From the NCBI GenBank assembly GCA_045631285.1, contig JAZQUL010000091.1:1208-65207 (forward strand): DNA of 64,000 bases, written 5' to 3'. The notes beneath the pieces were generated by a model that did not search any database, was not told where the DNA came from, and saw only the letters and a program-made list of their open reading frames with translations. The stretch's first letter is position 1, and every line of letters begins with the position of its first letter. This document shows, in pieces, positions 49,952-59,075 of the stretch. Source of the DNA: Faecousia sp. Its GTDB lineage: Bacteria; Bacillota; Clostridia; Oscillospirales; Oscillospiraceae. The position numbers and the translations under genes were made by a program.

Positions 49952-50155
49952 ATGGACACTTTGGCATTGATCCTTTCCATCATCGGCTCTCTCAATTGGG
50001 GTCTTGTAGGTCTGTTCCAGTTCGATCTGGTCGCGTGGCTTTTTGGCGGTACTGGCGCTCTGCTGGCGCGCATTGTCTACACAGTCATCGCTCTGGCAGG
50101 TGTTTGGTGCATCACTTCTTTCTTCCGAAGAGATTTTATGCAGGAAGCACACTAA
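49952..50155 (+). CDS. DUF378 (YuzA-like) small membrane protein
   Basis: LILSIIGSLNWGLVGLFQFDLVAWLFGG..ARIVY. Confidence 0.9.
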   Translation: MDTLALILSIIGSLNWGLVGLFQFDLVAWLFGGTGALLARIVYTVIALAGVWCITSFFRRDFMQEAH

Positions 50156-50161
50156 AGAAAA

Positions 50162-50191
50162 CGGCAGTACTGCAAAAAGCAGTACTGCCGC
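50162..50191. terminator. Hairpin between convergent genes
   Basis: CGGCAGTACTGC-AAAAA-GCAGTACTGCCG. Confidence 0.7.
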
Positions 50192-50202
50192 AAATTATTC
50201 AA

Positions 50203-51378
50203 TTATTGTGCTGCCGCAGAGACGCGGATAACGCACTTGATGGTCTCCCCGTCATGGGTAGCGGAGAGGGTTACACGACCGGTTGCAGCGCCAGTAATCT
50301 TTTGACCGTCGATGGTAACAACACCTTCCTTATCGGCAGTCCACTCTACAGTGATCTTGGTGCCGTCAGCATCCTTCAGGTAGAGGTTAACGCTTTCGCC
50401 TACGCTGATGGTAGCATCGTGGTCGTCTTCAAGACCGTAGGTGTTCCACAGGGTGTACTTACCGGAGTTAACAGTACCGTTATCTTCCTCTACACCGCCA
50501 TTTCCGCCGGCAGCGCTGAAGCTGCAACGAACAATGCACTCCAATTTCTGGCCTTCATATTCTGCATAGATTGTAGCCGTGCCGGGAGCAACAGCAGTCG
50601 CAATGCCATTCACAAAAGTAACAACAGATTCATTGGAGGATGTGAAGGTAACCAAGCTTGCATCCACAGTTCCGTTATAGACTTTCCACTTCTCGCCAAC
50701 CCTGGAGAACGTGAAATCCTCGCGATTCAGCTTAATAGTAGCAGTAGGATCCGTGGGAGGTTCCGTCTCAATCTCCATAATGCACTGTACTTCACAGGTT
50801 GCAGTAATGGAGCCGCAAATCACGGTAATGGTTGCGTTGCCGGGACCGATGGCTACCAGCTCGCCAACCTCGTCCACTGTAACAACAGCAGGATTACTGG
50901 AGGTAAATACCAGCTGATCGGTAGTATCTTCAGGGGCGCAAACAGCGGACAACTGCTTTTTTGCACCGAAAGCATCGAAGATGACACTGGTGTCAGACAA
51001 CGTAATGCCTGTGCAGGGTACAACAGGATCAGTAGGTGGATCTGTTGTGGGTACCGTAGGAGGAACCGTGGGATCCGCAGGCTTATTATTGTCAGGCGCA
51101 GAGAGAAGTAAAGCAACAAGAACCACAGCCAGAACCGCAACAGCCGCAATGATTGCAATCAGCTTCACATTGGGCGCGTTCTTCTTGCTGCTCTTCTTGC
51201 GCTGCGGCGCGCTGGGTCTACGGCTCGGTGCAGGGCGCTCTTCACGCTCAGCACGAGGCGCTACTGTGGTATCAGCATCCGCTTCGGGAGTGTTGTAACG
51301 TACGCTTCCGCATACAGGACAACGGGACGATGTTTCGGGATATGCAGCTCCGCAAACATCGCATACGATTTTACTCAT
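50203..51378 (-). CDS. Zn-ribbon / TM / three Ig-like (Big_2) domain membrane protein
   Basis: CDVC..CPVC N-terminus, one TM, P/T linker, FTSSNPAVVTVD / FTSSNESVVTFV / WTADKEGVVTID repeats. Confidence 0.8.
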   Translation of the reverse strand: MSKIVCDVCGAAYPETSSRCPVCGSVRYNTPEADADTTVAPRAEREERPAPSRRPSAPQRKKSSKKNAPNVKLIAIIAAVAVLAVVLVALLLSAPDNNKPADPTVPPTVPTTDPPTDPVVPCTGITLSDTSVIFDAFGAKKQLSAVCAPEDTTDQLVFTSSNPAVVTVDEVGELVAIGPGNATITVICGSITATCEVQCIMEIETEPPTDPTATIKLNREDFTFSRVGEKWKVYNGTVDASLVTFTSSNESVVTFVNGIATAVAPGTATIYAEYEGQKLECIVRCSFSAAGGNGGVEEDNGTVNSGKYTLWNTYGLEDDHDATISVGESVNLYLKDADGTKITVEWTADKEGVVTIDGQKITGAATGRVTLSATHDGETIKCVIRVSAAAQ

Positions 51379-51679
51379 AAAATAACCCCACCTTCGTTTT
51401 TGGTTTTTTTCATTATAGCATCTATTTCCAATGAATACAACAGTTTTATTTAAATTTTTTTGAGAAAATTTTATCATTCCCGGTTATTTAGTAGTAGACA
51501 TTATTTCCCGACACAACATCTTGGTAATCGCATACATACCAGAATATTCGTCAACCTGCCTGCAACCGGTTTCTAAATCGGAAAATATATATTTGTAGTT
51601 GTAGGCAACACAATTCTGTGGAATTTTCCATTTTATGTATCTACTATGAATATATACAACCGAAAAGGAGGCATAACCC

Positions 51680-52537
51680 TTGTCTAATGAACAAATATCG
51701 CTTATGTTGGAGCATTATATACTGGAGCAGCCTTATTCCGTCCGTAACGGTGTCCTGTGCTATCCGGCAACGGAGAAAAATACGGGGGAAAAGTATCTTG
51801 CAAAAGTTCGATCCTTCCCTCCCTTCCCTTCTGTCACAGATGCTTTATTGCTCTCCGGCGCATTTAAAACCGCTGCGGATGCAGATGCATATTACAAAGA
51901 GGAAGCCAGGGGACTGTGCCGACAGGCCGCAATTCTCAACGCGCTTTCGCATAGCGAATATTTCTCCCATTTTACATTCTGCCAGGCAGTAGAACGTTCC
52001 GACATTGGCTACGATGTATGGTTACTCTCCCCATTTCGGCTAACCTTGGCAGCCATATTCGAAAAGAAACATCTCCCACAAGACATTGCACTGGAGCTTG
52101 GTATCAGCCTTTGTCGCGGTGCGATGCAATGCCGGGAGATGGGTTTTCTCTATACTGGCATCAAACCGGAAAATATTTATGTTTCAAATAAAGGCACATT
52201 CCAAATCGGCGACATTGGCTTTATTCCCCTGCCTTCCCTCCCATACGCGCCGTTACCCGATGGATATTCCACCGCTTATGCGCCGCCGGAATGTCGAGAT
52301 TGTTATTGCCAAATTGCCCCAAATGCAGATGTATATAGCATTGGCGCGGTGCTCTATCAGGCATTTAACGGTGGGAAGCTGCCGGAACAGCTTACAAATC
52401 CGCCAATCTACGCAGGTAAAGAAATCGCCACAATCATTATGTCAGCCTGTGCGCCTACCCCGGAAAAACGGCATAAAAGTCCGAAAGAATTGCTCTCCGC
52501 CCTGGAAGACTGCAAAGAAATGCCAACAAAGGAATAA
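51680..52537 (+). CDS. Hanks-type Ser/Thr kinase-like protein, probable pseudokinase
   Basis: YLAK, YTGIKPENI, IGDIG, YAPPE, DVYSIGAVLY; TTG start after AGGAGG. Confidence 0.75.
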   Translation: MSNEQISLMLEHYILEQPYSVRNGVLCYPATEKNTGEKYLAKVRSFPPFPSVTDALLLSGAFKTAADADAYYKEEARGLCRQAAILNALSHSEYFSHFTFCQAVERSDIGYDVWLLSPFRLTLAAIFEKKHLPQDIALELGISLCRGAMQCREMGFLYTGIKPENIYVSNKGTFQIGDIGFIPLPSLPYAPLPDGYSTAYAPPECRDCYCQIAPNADVYSIGAVLYQAFNGGKLPEQLTNPPIYAGKEIATIIMSACAPTPEKRHKSPKELLSALEDCKEMPTKE

Positions 52538-52566
52538 AATAAATTACAAAAAATTTACAAATACTA

Positions 52567-52595
52567 TTGCAAAATGCGACACTGGGTGCTATAAT
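52567..52595 (+). promoter_or_regulatory. SigA promoter of the aro operon leader
   Basis: TTGCAA-N17-TATAAT with extended TG. Confidence 0.8.
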
Positions 52596-52625
52596 CACAG
52601 CATAATTTACTGGGAGGATGTCCTA

Positions 52626-52691
52626 ATGAACGCAATTTCCGTTGCAGCACGCTTTTATTTTGGCTACTATTACTTTTTTTGCAAAAGGTAA
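52626..52691 (+). CDS. Phe/Tyr-rich attenuator leader peptide (21 aa)
   Basis: MNAISVAARFYFGYYYFFCKR; SD GGGAGG 8 nt upstream; 8 of codons 10-18 are Phe or Tyr. Confidence 0.85.
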   Translation: MNAISVAARFYFGYYYFFCKR

Positions 52692-52738
52692 TAGTGTCTT
52701 GTGTTGCCCGGATTTTTAAACTCCACCCTTGATTTCAG

Positions 52739-52778
52739 GCGCTGCACAGACTCAATTCTGTGCAGCGCTGTTTATTTT
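52739..52778 (+). terminator. Attenuator terminator before aroF
   Basis: 12-bp stem GCGCTGCACAGA/TCTGTGCAGCGC followed by TGTTTATTTT, ending 13 nt before the ATG. Confidence 0.85.
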
Positions 52779-52791
52779 AGGAGATGATTGT

Positions 52792-53793
52792 ATGATCGCA
52801 GTACTCAAACACGGTACCACACCACAGCAGACCCAGCATTTAGTGAACTGGCTGAAGAATATGGGAATGGATGTCCATATCTCTGAAGGTAAGGAAGTTA
52901 CCATCCTCGGACTTGTGGGTGACACCAGCCGCGTAGATATTGAGCTTCTTAACAGCTTGGAGATTGTTTCAAGCGTAAAGCGGATTTCCGAACCCTTCAA
53001 GCAGGCAAATCGCAAATTCCATCCCAACGATACTGTTGTGGAAATCGGCAACGTACGTATCGGTGGCGGCCACTTTGCAATGATTGCCGGTCCCTGTTCG
53101 GTAGAATCCCTTGAGCAGATTATTGATGTTGCAACCTCCGTTAAAAATTCCGGCGCAGATATTCTTCGGGGCGGCGCATTTAAACCCCGCACCTCCCCCT
53201 ACGCCTTCCAGGGTCTGAAAGATGAGGGTATCCGGCTTTTGCTGGAGGCAAAAAAAGCAACTGGCCTGCCAATTATTACAGAAATTATGAACATTCGTAA
53301 CTTGGATTTGTTCGAGGACGTAGACATTATTCAGGTTGGCGCGCGAAATATGCAGAACTTTGATCTTCTGCAGGAATTGGGCAAAACCAAGAAACCCATT
53401 CTTCTCAAACGTGGTCTTGCCAATACCCTGCAGGAACTGCTGATGAGCGCAGAGTATATTATGAGCGAGGGCAATGAGAATATTATTCTGTGTGAGCGTG
53501 GCATCCGCACCTACGAAACCTACACCAGAAATACGCTCGATCTCTCTGCTATTCCTGTTCTGCACGAATTGACCCACCTGCCGGTGATCGTCGACCCCAG
53601 TCACGCAACCGGGCGCGCAGCCCTTGTGCCTTCTATGGCGGCGGCTGCGGTGGCAGCCGGTGCAGACGGCATTATGGTGGAGGTTCACAACAATCCCGCC
53701 TGCGCCCTCTGTGACGGCGCACAGTCCCTTACACCGTCCCAGTTTGACGAAATTAACCGTCGTGTTCGCCGCATCCGTGAGGTTATTTTATGA
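52792..53793 (+). CDS. aroF: DAHP synthase type I-beta with N-terminal regulatory domain
   Basis: IAGPCSVES, GGAFKPRTSPY, QVGARNMQN, VDPSH. Confidence 0.93.
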   Translation: MIAVLKHGTTPQQTQHLVNWLKNMGMDVHISEGKEVTILGLVGDTSRVDIELLNSLEIVSSVKRISEPFKQANRKFHPNDTVVEIGNVRIGGGHFAMIAGPCSVESLEQIIDVATSVKNSGADILRGGAFKPRTSPYAFQGLKDEGIRLLLEAKKATGLPIITEIMNIRNLDLFEDVDIIQVGARNMQNFDLLQELGKTKKPILLKRGLANTLQELLMSAEYIMSEGNENIILCERGIRTYETYTRNTLDLSAIPVLHELTHLPVIVDPSHATGRAALVPSMAAAAVAAGADGIMVEVHNNPACALCDGAQSLTPSQFDEINRRVRRIREVIL

Positions 53794-54620
53794 ATGTAGG
53801 TATCCTTGGTCTCGGTCTAATTGGCGGCTCTCTTGCGCGCGCATATACCAAAGCCGGTCATACCGTTTACGCTGCTGATAAGGACCCTTCCATCCTTGAT
53901 TTTTCCATTCTTGCCGACATCGTAAAAGAGCCGCTGACAGACAAAAACATAAAAAACTGTGATTTGATATTACTCGCCGTTTTCACCGGTGGTTCCGTAT
54001 CCTGGTTGGAGGAAAACGCAAGCTTGTTTCAACCCGATACGCTTGTTATCGATTGTTGCGGCGTAAAGGAAGCAATATGTAGTCGGGGTTTTCTGTTGGC
54101 AGAGCGCTATGGCTTTACCTTTGTCGGTGGCCATCCAATGGCGGGTTCTCATTTCTCAGGTTTTAAGTACAGCCGTTCAAATCTGTTCCAAGGCGCACCT
54201 ATGGTACTCGTACCGCCCAGATACGATGATCCCGTTCTACTGAGCCGTGTTAAGGATGCGCTGTCTCCTTGCAATTTTGGTAGTTTCTCTGTTACCACCG
54301 CCTCGGAACACGACAAGATGATCGCGTTCACTTCTCAAATACCCCACATTGTAAGCAATGCTTATATCAAATCCCCTACCGCATCCCAGCACAAGGGCTT
54401 TTCCGCCGGTAGCTACAAAGATCTGACACGGGTGGCTTGGCTCAATCCCCATATGTGGGCAGAACTGTTCTTATCAAATCAGGAAAATGTTCTCTACGAG
54501 TTGGATACGTATATTGAAAGCCTGACAAAATACCGCAACGCCATCGCCCAAAACGATGAAACCGCACTGATTTCCTTATTGGATGAAGGCCGCAAAATAA
54601 AGGAGGAGGTAGACGGATGA
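53790..54620 (+). CDS. tyrA: Prephenate dehydrogenase
   Basis: GLGLIGGS, GGHPMAG, EHDKMIAFTSQIPH, DLTRVA. Confidence 0.92.
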   Translation: MNVGILGLGLIGGSLARAYTKAGHTVYAADKDPSILDFSILADIVKEPLTDKNIKNCDLILLAVFTGGSVSWLEENASLFQPDTLVIDCCGVKEAICSRGFLLAERYGFTFVGGHPMAGSHFSGFKYSRSNLFQGAPMVLVPPRYDDPVLLSRVKDALSPCNFGSFSVTTASEHDKMIAFTSQIPHIVSNAYIKSPTASQHKGFSAGSYKDLTRVAWLNPHMWAELFLSNQENVLYELDTYIESLTKYRNAIAQNDETALISLLDEGRKIKEEVDG

Positions 54621-55669
54621 ACACCGTTACCGTAAGCGCATCCAAAACCTATCAAGTTCATATCGGCAGCAGCCTCCTGCCGCAGATTGGCGCGTATATC
54701 AGTAAAATTCACCCCCAATGCAAGGTCGCCATCATCAGCGACAGCAATGTGTGGCCAATCTACGGAGAGCTTATTAGCCGTTCTCTCAACGATACAGGCT
54801 ATACGTCCGTTCATTATGTCCTTCCTGCCGGTGAAGAAAGCAAGAATCCGCAGCAGTATATTTCTATTTTGAACTTTCTTGCCGAAAATGCCGTAACCCG
54901 CAGTGATCTGCTGATCGCTCTCGGCGGTGGTGTGGTGGGCGATATAACCGGCTTTGCAGCGGCAACCTATCTGCGGGGTGTCTCCTATGTACAGGTTCCC
55001 ACGTCGCTGCTTGCGATGGTAGACTCCTCTGTTGGTGGCAAGACAGCCATTGATCTACCTGCCGGCAAAAATCTTGTAGGTGCTTTTTATCAGCCGGAAA
55101 TGGTGCTCTGCGACATTTCTGTCCTCAAAACATTACCGGATGAAATTTTTATCGATGGCTGCGCTGAAGTAATCAAATATGGCATCCTTTTTGATGCAGA
55201 TTTATTTGCTCACTTGACAGTCAACGGCCTACAATTTGACCGAGAGTATGTAATTTCCCGCTGCGTTGCCCTTAAAGCAGATGTTGTCTGTGCGGATGAA
55301 TTCGACAAAGGTTTGCGTCAGCAATTAAATTTGGGTCATACCGTGGGCCACAGTATAGAAAAAAACAGCCAATTTGCGGTCTCTCACGGCCGTGCGGTTG
55401 CCATCGGTATGGCGGTTGCAGCGAAAGCAAGCGCAGGTTGCGGTTTTTGCGAACAAAGGGTATTGGAGGCAATTGTGGCATTGCTTCAAAAATTCACGTT
55501 ACCGACTGATACCGATTTTTCCGCAGAAAAACTTTCCGATGGTGCGCTCTCCGACAAAAAACGGCTGGGTGATACGGTCCATTTTGTTTTACCTAGAAAC
55601 ATCGGCGACGGTTTCCTTCATCCCGTAAGTACCAAAGATTTGACATCCTTCATTGAGAAAGGCCTATAA
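54617..55669 (+). CDS. aroB: 3-dehydroquinate synthase
   Basis: GGGVVGD, PTSLLAMVDSSVGGKT, LNLGHTVGH. Confidence 0.95.
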   Translation: MNTVTVSASKTYQVHIGSSLLPQIGAYISKIHPQCKVAIISDSNVWPIYGELISRSLNDTGYTSVHYVLPAGEESKNPQQYISILNFLAENAVTRSDLLIALGGGVVGDITGFAAATYLRGVSYVQVPTSLLAMVDSSVGGKTAIDLPAGKNLVGAFYQPEMVLCDISVLKTLPDEIFIDGCAEVIKYGILFDADLFAHLTVNGLQFDREYVISRCVALKADVVCADEFDKGLRQQLNLGHTVGHSIEKNSQFAVSHGRAVAIGMAVAAKASAGCGFCEQRVLEAIVALLQKFTLPTDTDFSAEKLSDGALSDKKRLGDTVHFVLPRNIGDGFLHPVSTKDLTSFIEKGL

Positions 55670-55670
55670 T

Positions 55671-56864
55671 ATGGATATCACCATCCAACCTGGCAGGCTT
55701 AACGGTACTGTCAGGATCATCCCTTCAAAATCACAAGCCCATCGGTTGCTTATCTGCGCTGCTTTTGCAGATAAGCCTACCGAAATTATCTGTCCCGAAA
55801 CAAACGAAGATATTTCCGCAACAGCCGACTGTCTAAATGCGTTAGGCGCAAAGATCGCGCGAACAGAACAGGGATACTATGTTATTCCTGCCGCTTCCGT
55901 TCCGCAAGAAGCTGTCCTCAATTGCAGGGAGAGCGGCTCTACTCTCCGTTTTATGCTCCCAATTGCCGGAGCGCTCGGTGTGGACGCAACGTTCCGTATG
56001 TATGGCCGCCTGCCGGACCGTCCTTTGTCTCCTTTAAAGGAGGAAATGGAACGTATGGGTTGCGCGCTGACCGTTCCCGAAAGAGGTTTGCTCCGGTGTA
56101 CCGGAAAGCTCAGAGTCGGCGCATATCAAATTGATGGCAGTGTTTCCAGCCAGTTTATTTCCGGGCTGCTGTTTGCATTGGTGCTTCTCAATGATAATTG
56201 CATGCTTACCGTCACCGGGAATATTGAATCCCGGCCCTATATCCACCTCACCAAGGATGCCTTACGTCAATTTGGCGCGCATATTAGCGGAGAAACTATC
56301 TCCCCCTCCCTACCCCTGACATCACCCGGAATACTAACGGTAGAGGGTGATTGGAGTAACGCAGCCTTCTTCTATGCCGCAAATACGCTGGGAAGCGATA
56401 TCCATTTGGAAGGTCTGCGCGACGACTCCGTACAAGGAGATCAGGTTTGTAAAGACATTCTCTCATTACACGGACCGTTGAATGTAGATGCAACGGACAT
56501 TCCTGACCTGGTTCCCATATTAAGTGTAGCTGCCGCCGCAAAGTGCGGAGGTAAATTTACTGGAATTGGAAGGCTTCGCCTAAAGGAATCCGACCGTGTT
56601 GCCTCCACAATCGCGATGCTATCCGCATTTGGTGTGCAGGCAGAGGCAGACAATGACACATTGACCGTTTATCCGGGTCAGTTTCACGGCTGTACCGTGC
56701 AGTCCGAAAAGGATCACCGCATCGCAATGGCCGCTGCCATTGCCGCAACGGTCGCTGACGGCCCTGTAACCATACTTGACGCCCAGTGCGTCTCCAAATC
56801 CTATCCCGTTTTTTGGGATGTATATAAGCGCTTAGGAGGTAATTATGAGCAGCACATACGGTGA
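55671..56864 (+). CDS. aroA: EPSP synthase
   Basis: PSKSQAHR, ESGSTLRF, SSQFISG, LRLKESDR, DHRIAM. Confidence 0.93.
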   Translation: MDITIQPGRLNGTVRIIPSKSQAHRLLICAAFADKPTEIICPETNEDISATADCLNALGAKIARTEQGYYVIPAASVPQEAVLNCRESGSTLRFMLPIAGALGVDATFRMYGRLPDRPLSPLKEEMERMGCALTVPERGLLRCTGKLRVGAYQIDGSVSSQFISGLLFALVLLNDNCMLTVTGNIESRPYIHLTKDALRQFGAHISGETISPSLPLTSPGILTVEGDWSNAAFFYAANTLGSDIHLEGLRDDSVQGDQVCKDILSLHGPLNVDATDIPDLVPILSVAAAAKCGGKFTGIGRLRLKESDRVASTIAMLSAFGVQAEADNDTLTVYPGQFHGCTVQSEKDHRIAMAAAIAATVADGPVTILDAQCVSKSYPVFWDVYKRLGGNYEQHIR

Positions 56865-57930
56865 AAACTTAAAGCTCTCCATCTTCGGGCAGTCTCACGG
56901 CACAGCCATTGGTATGACGCTCGACGGAATTCCTGCCGGTCTGGCAGTGGATTTTGATACGCTCAATGCATTCCTTGCCCGACGCGCGCCCGGGCAGGGA
57001 GCGTACACCACGTCCCGCAAAGAAGCAGATGCGCCTGAATTTCTTTCAGGTATAGTAAACAACCACACCTGCGGTGCGCCCATTGCCGCTATAATCCACA
57101 ATGAGAACACCCGCTCATCTGACTACAAAAACCTATTGGATTGCCCCCGCCCCGGACACGCTGACTATACTGCGCAAATCAAGTATAAGGGCTTTCAGGA
57201 CATTGCCGGCGGCGGTCATTTCTCCGGACGGCTGACTGCGCCTCTTTGCATTGCCGGCGGTCTTTGCAAGCAATGGCTGTCGGCAATGGGAATTACAATT
57301 AACGCCCATATCTCTGTTCTTGCCGGCATTGCCGATGAACCACTCTATCAGGATTGGACGAGCCAGTCCCCTATACCCGTATGCGATGATTTCCCGGTGC
57401 TTAATAAGGAAGCAGGCCTAAGTATGCAGCAGGCAATCGCTGAAGCTAAGAGAGCAGGTGACAGTGTTGGCGGCATCATTGAATGTATTGTAACCGGACT
57501 GCCGGCAGGCTGGGGCGACCCTATGTTTGGTGGAATGGAAAGCCGCATTGCCTCTATTGTTTATGGCGTACCTGCCGTAAAAGGCGTTGACTTTGGCTCC
57601 GGTTTTACCGGAAGCTATATGCGTGGCAGTGAAAATAACGATGCATTTACGGTCGTAGACGGAAAAATCGTCACCGAAACCAACAATGCCGGCGGCATTT
57701 TAGGCGGCATTACAAACGGAATGCCCCTTGTATTTACTGCTGCAATCAAACCGACCGCCTCCATTGCAAAGGTGCAGCAAAGCGTCTCCCTCTCTGAAAT
57801 GGTTACACAGGAGCTTCAGGTCCACGGACGGCACGACCCCTGTATTGTACCGCGGGCAGTTCCTGTTATCGAAGCCGCAGCAGCCATCGCCATATATGAT
57901 GCCTACCTATCCAGCAGAAAGGATGCTTAA
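56845..57930 (+). CDS. aroC: Chorismate synthase
   Basis: GQSHG, RPGHAD, GGITNG, GRHDPC. Confidence 0.95.
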   Translation: MSSTYGENLKLSIFGQSHGTAIGMTLDGIPAGLAVDFDTLNAFLARRAPGQGAYTTSRKEADAPEFLSGIVNNHTCGAPIAAIIHNENTRSSDYKNLLDCPRPGHADYTAQIKYKGFQDIAGGGHFSGRLTAPLCIAGGLCKQWLSAMGITINAHISVLAGIADEPLYQDWTSQSPIPVCDDFPVLNKEAGLSMQQAIAEAKRAGDSVGGIIECIVTGLPAGWGDPMFGGMESRIASIVYGVPAVKGVDFGSGFTGSYMRGSENNDAFTVVDGKIVTETNNAGGILGGITNGMPLVFTAAIKPTASIAKVQQSVSLSEMVTQELQVHGRHDPCIVPRAVPVIEAAAAIAIYDAYLSSRKDA

Positions 57931-57932
57931 TA

Positions 57933-59075
57933 ATGGATATGAATGAATTACGCAGCCAAATCGACAATATTGACGACCAGCTCGTCAAGCTGTTTGTGGC
58001 GCGGATGGATATTGCCGAAAAGATCGGCGCTTATAAAAAGGCAAACAATCTGCCCGTCTTTGATCCAGGCCGTGAGCGCCTAAAGCTTCAGGACGTGGCA
58101 GAAAAAGCAGGTCCTGAAATGGCTCAGTATACCCGCGTGCTTTACGCAATGCTCTTTGAATTGAGCCGCGGTCACCAGAGCCGTACCACTTCCCATTTAA
58201 CACAGCTTAATGAATCCATCACCGCTTCTATTGAATCGACACCTAAGCTTTTCCCCCAAACACCGATGGTAGCCTGCCAGGGTGTAGAGGGTGCTTATTC
58301 TCAAATTGCCTGTGAAAAGATTTTTAAATCCCCCTCTATTATGTACTTTAAGAATTTTGAGGGCGTATTTCACGCAATCGAGCAAGGGCTGTGCCGGTAC
58401 GGCATTCTGCCCATCGAGAATTCAACTGCCGGCTCTGTAAAAAAAGTCTATGACCTGATGATTCACCATAATTTCTCTATCGTCCGGTCCTTCCGCTTGA
58501 AAATCGACCACAATTTGCTGGCAAAACCCGGCGCAAAAATTGATAATATCCGAGAAATCTATTCCCACGAGCAAGCAATCAACCAGTGCAGCGAGTTCCT
58601 GAGGAAGTTTCCTGAGGCAAAAATTATCCCCGTGGAAAACACGGCTGTCGCAGCCCAAATGGTGGCAAACTCTCACCGCGACGATGTGGCGGCACTCTCC
58701 AGCCGAAACTGCGAAGAACTGTACGGTCTCACCTGCCTTGCGCCCAATGTTCAGGACAAAGGCAATAATCGTACCCGCTTTATCTGTATCAGCAAGAATT
58801 TAGAAATCTATCCCGGCGCAGATAAGACAAGCATTATGATGGTTCTGCCCCATAAACCGGGTGCCCTCTATAAGGTTTTGGCGCGGATGTATGTGCTTGG
58901 TATCAACGTTATCAAGCTTGAGTCCCGCCCCATTCCCGATCGGGATTTTGAATTTATGTTCTACTTTGATTTGGAGACCTCCATATATTCCGAAGAGTTT
59001 GTACAGCTCATATGCGAACTGGATGATCTCTGTGAGGAATTTAAGTATCTCGGCAGCTACTGCGAGGTGGTATAA
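57933..59075 (+). CDS. pheA: Chorismate mutase / prephenate dehydratase with ACT domain
   Basis: LRSQIDNID..K..VFDPGRE; LPIENSTAGSV; NRTRF; KLESRP. Confidence 0.92.
   Translation: MDMNELRSQIDNIDDQLVKLFVARMDIAEKIGAYKKANNLPVFDPGRERLKLQDVAEKAGPEMAQYTRVLYAMLFELSRGHQSRTTSHLTQLNESITASIESTPKLFPQTPMVACQGVEGAYSQIACEKIFKSPSIMYFKNFEGVFHAIEQGLCRYGILPIENSTAGSVKKVYDLMIHHNFSIVRSFRLKIDHNLLAKPGAKIDNIREIYSHEQAINQCSEFLRKFPEAKIIPVENTAVAAQMVANSHRDDVAALSSRNCEELYGLTCLAPNVQDKGNNRTRFICISKNLEIYPGADKTSIMMVLPHKPGALYKVLARMYVLGINVIKLESRPIPDRDFEFMFYFDLETSIYSEEFVQLICELDDLCEEFKYLGSYCEVV

Noticed and set aside
49996-51111. 371-aa plus-strand ORF
   Set aside because: Antisense to the Ig-domain gene and crosses a terminator hairpin
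52086-52625. Upstream part of the 201-aa ORF ending at 52691
   Set aside because: Out-of-frame overlap with the pseudokinase; only the last 21 codons have a promoter and SD (leader peptide)
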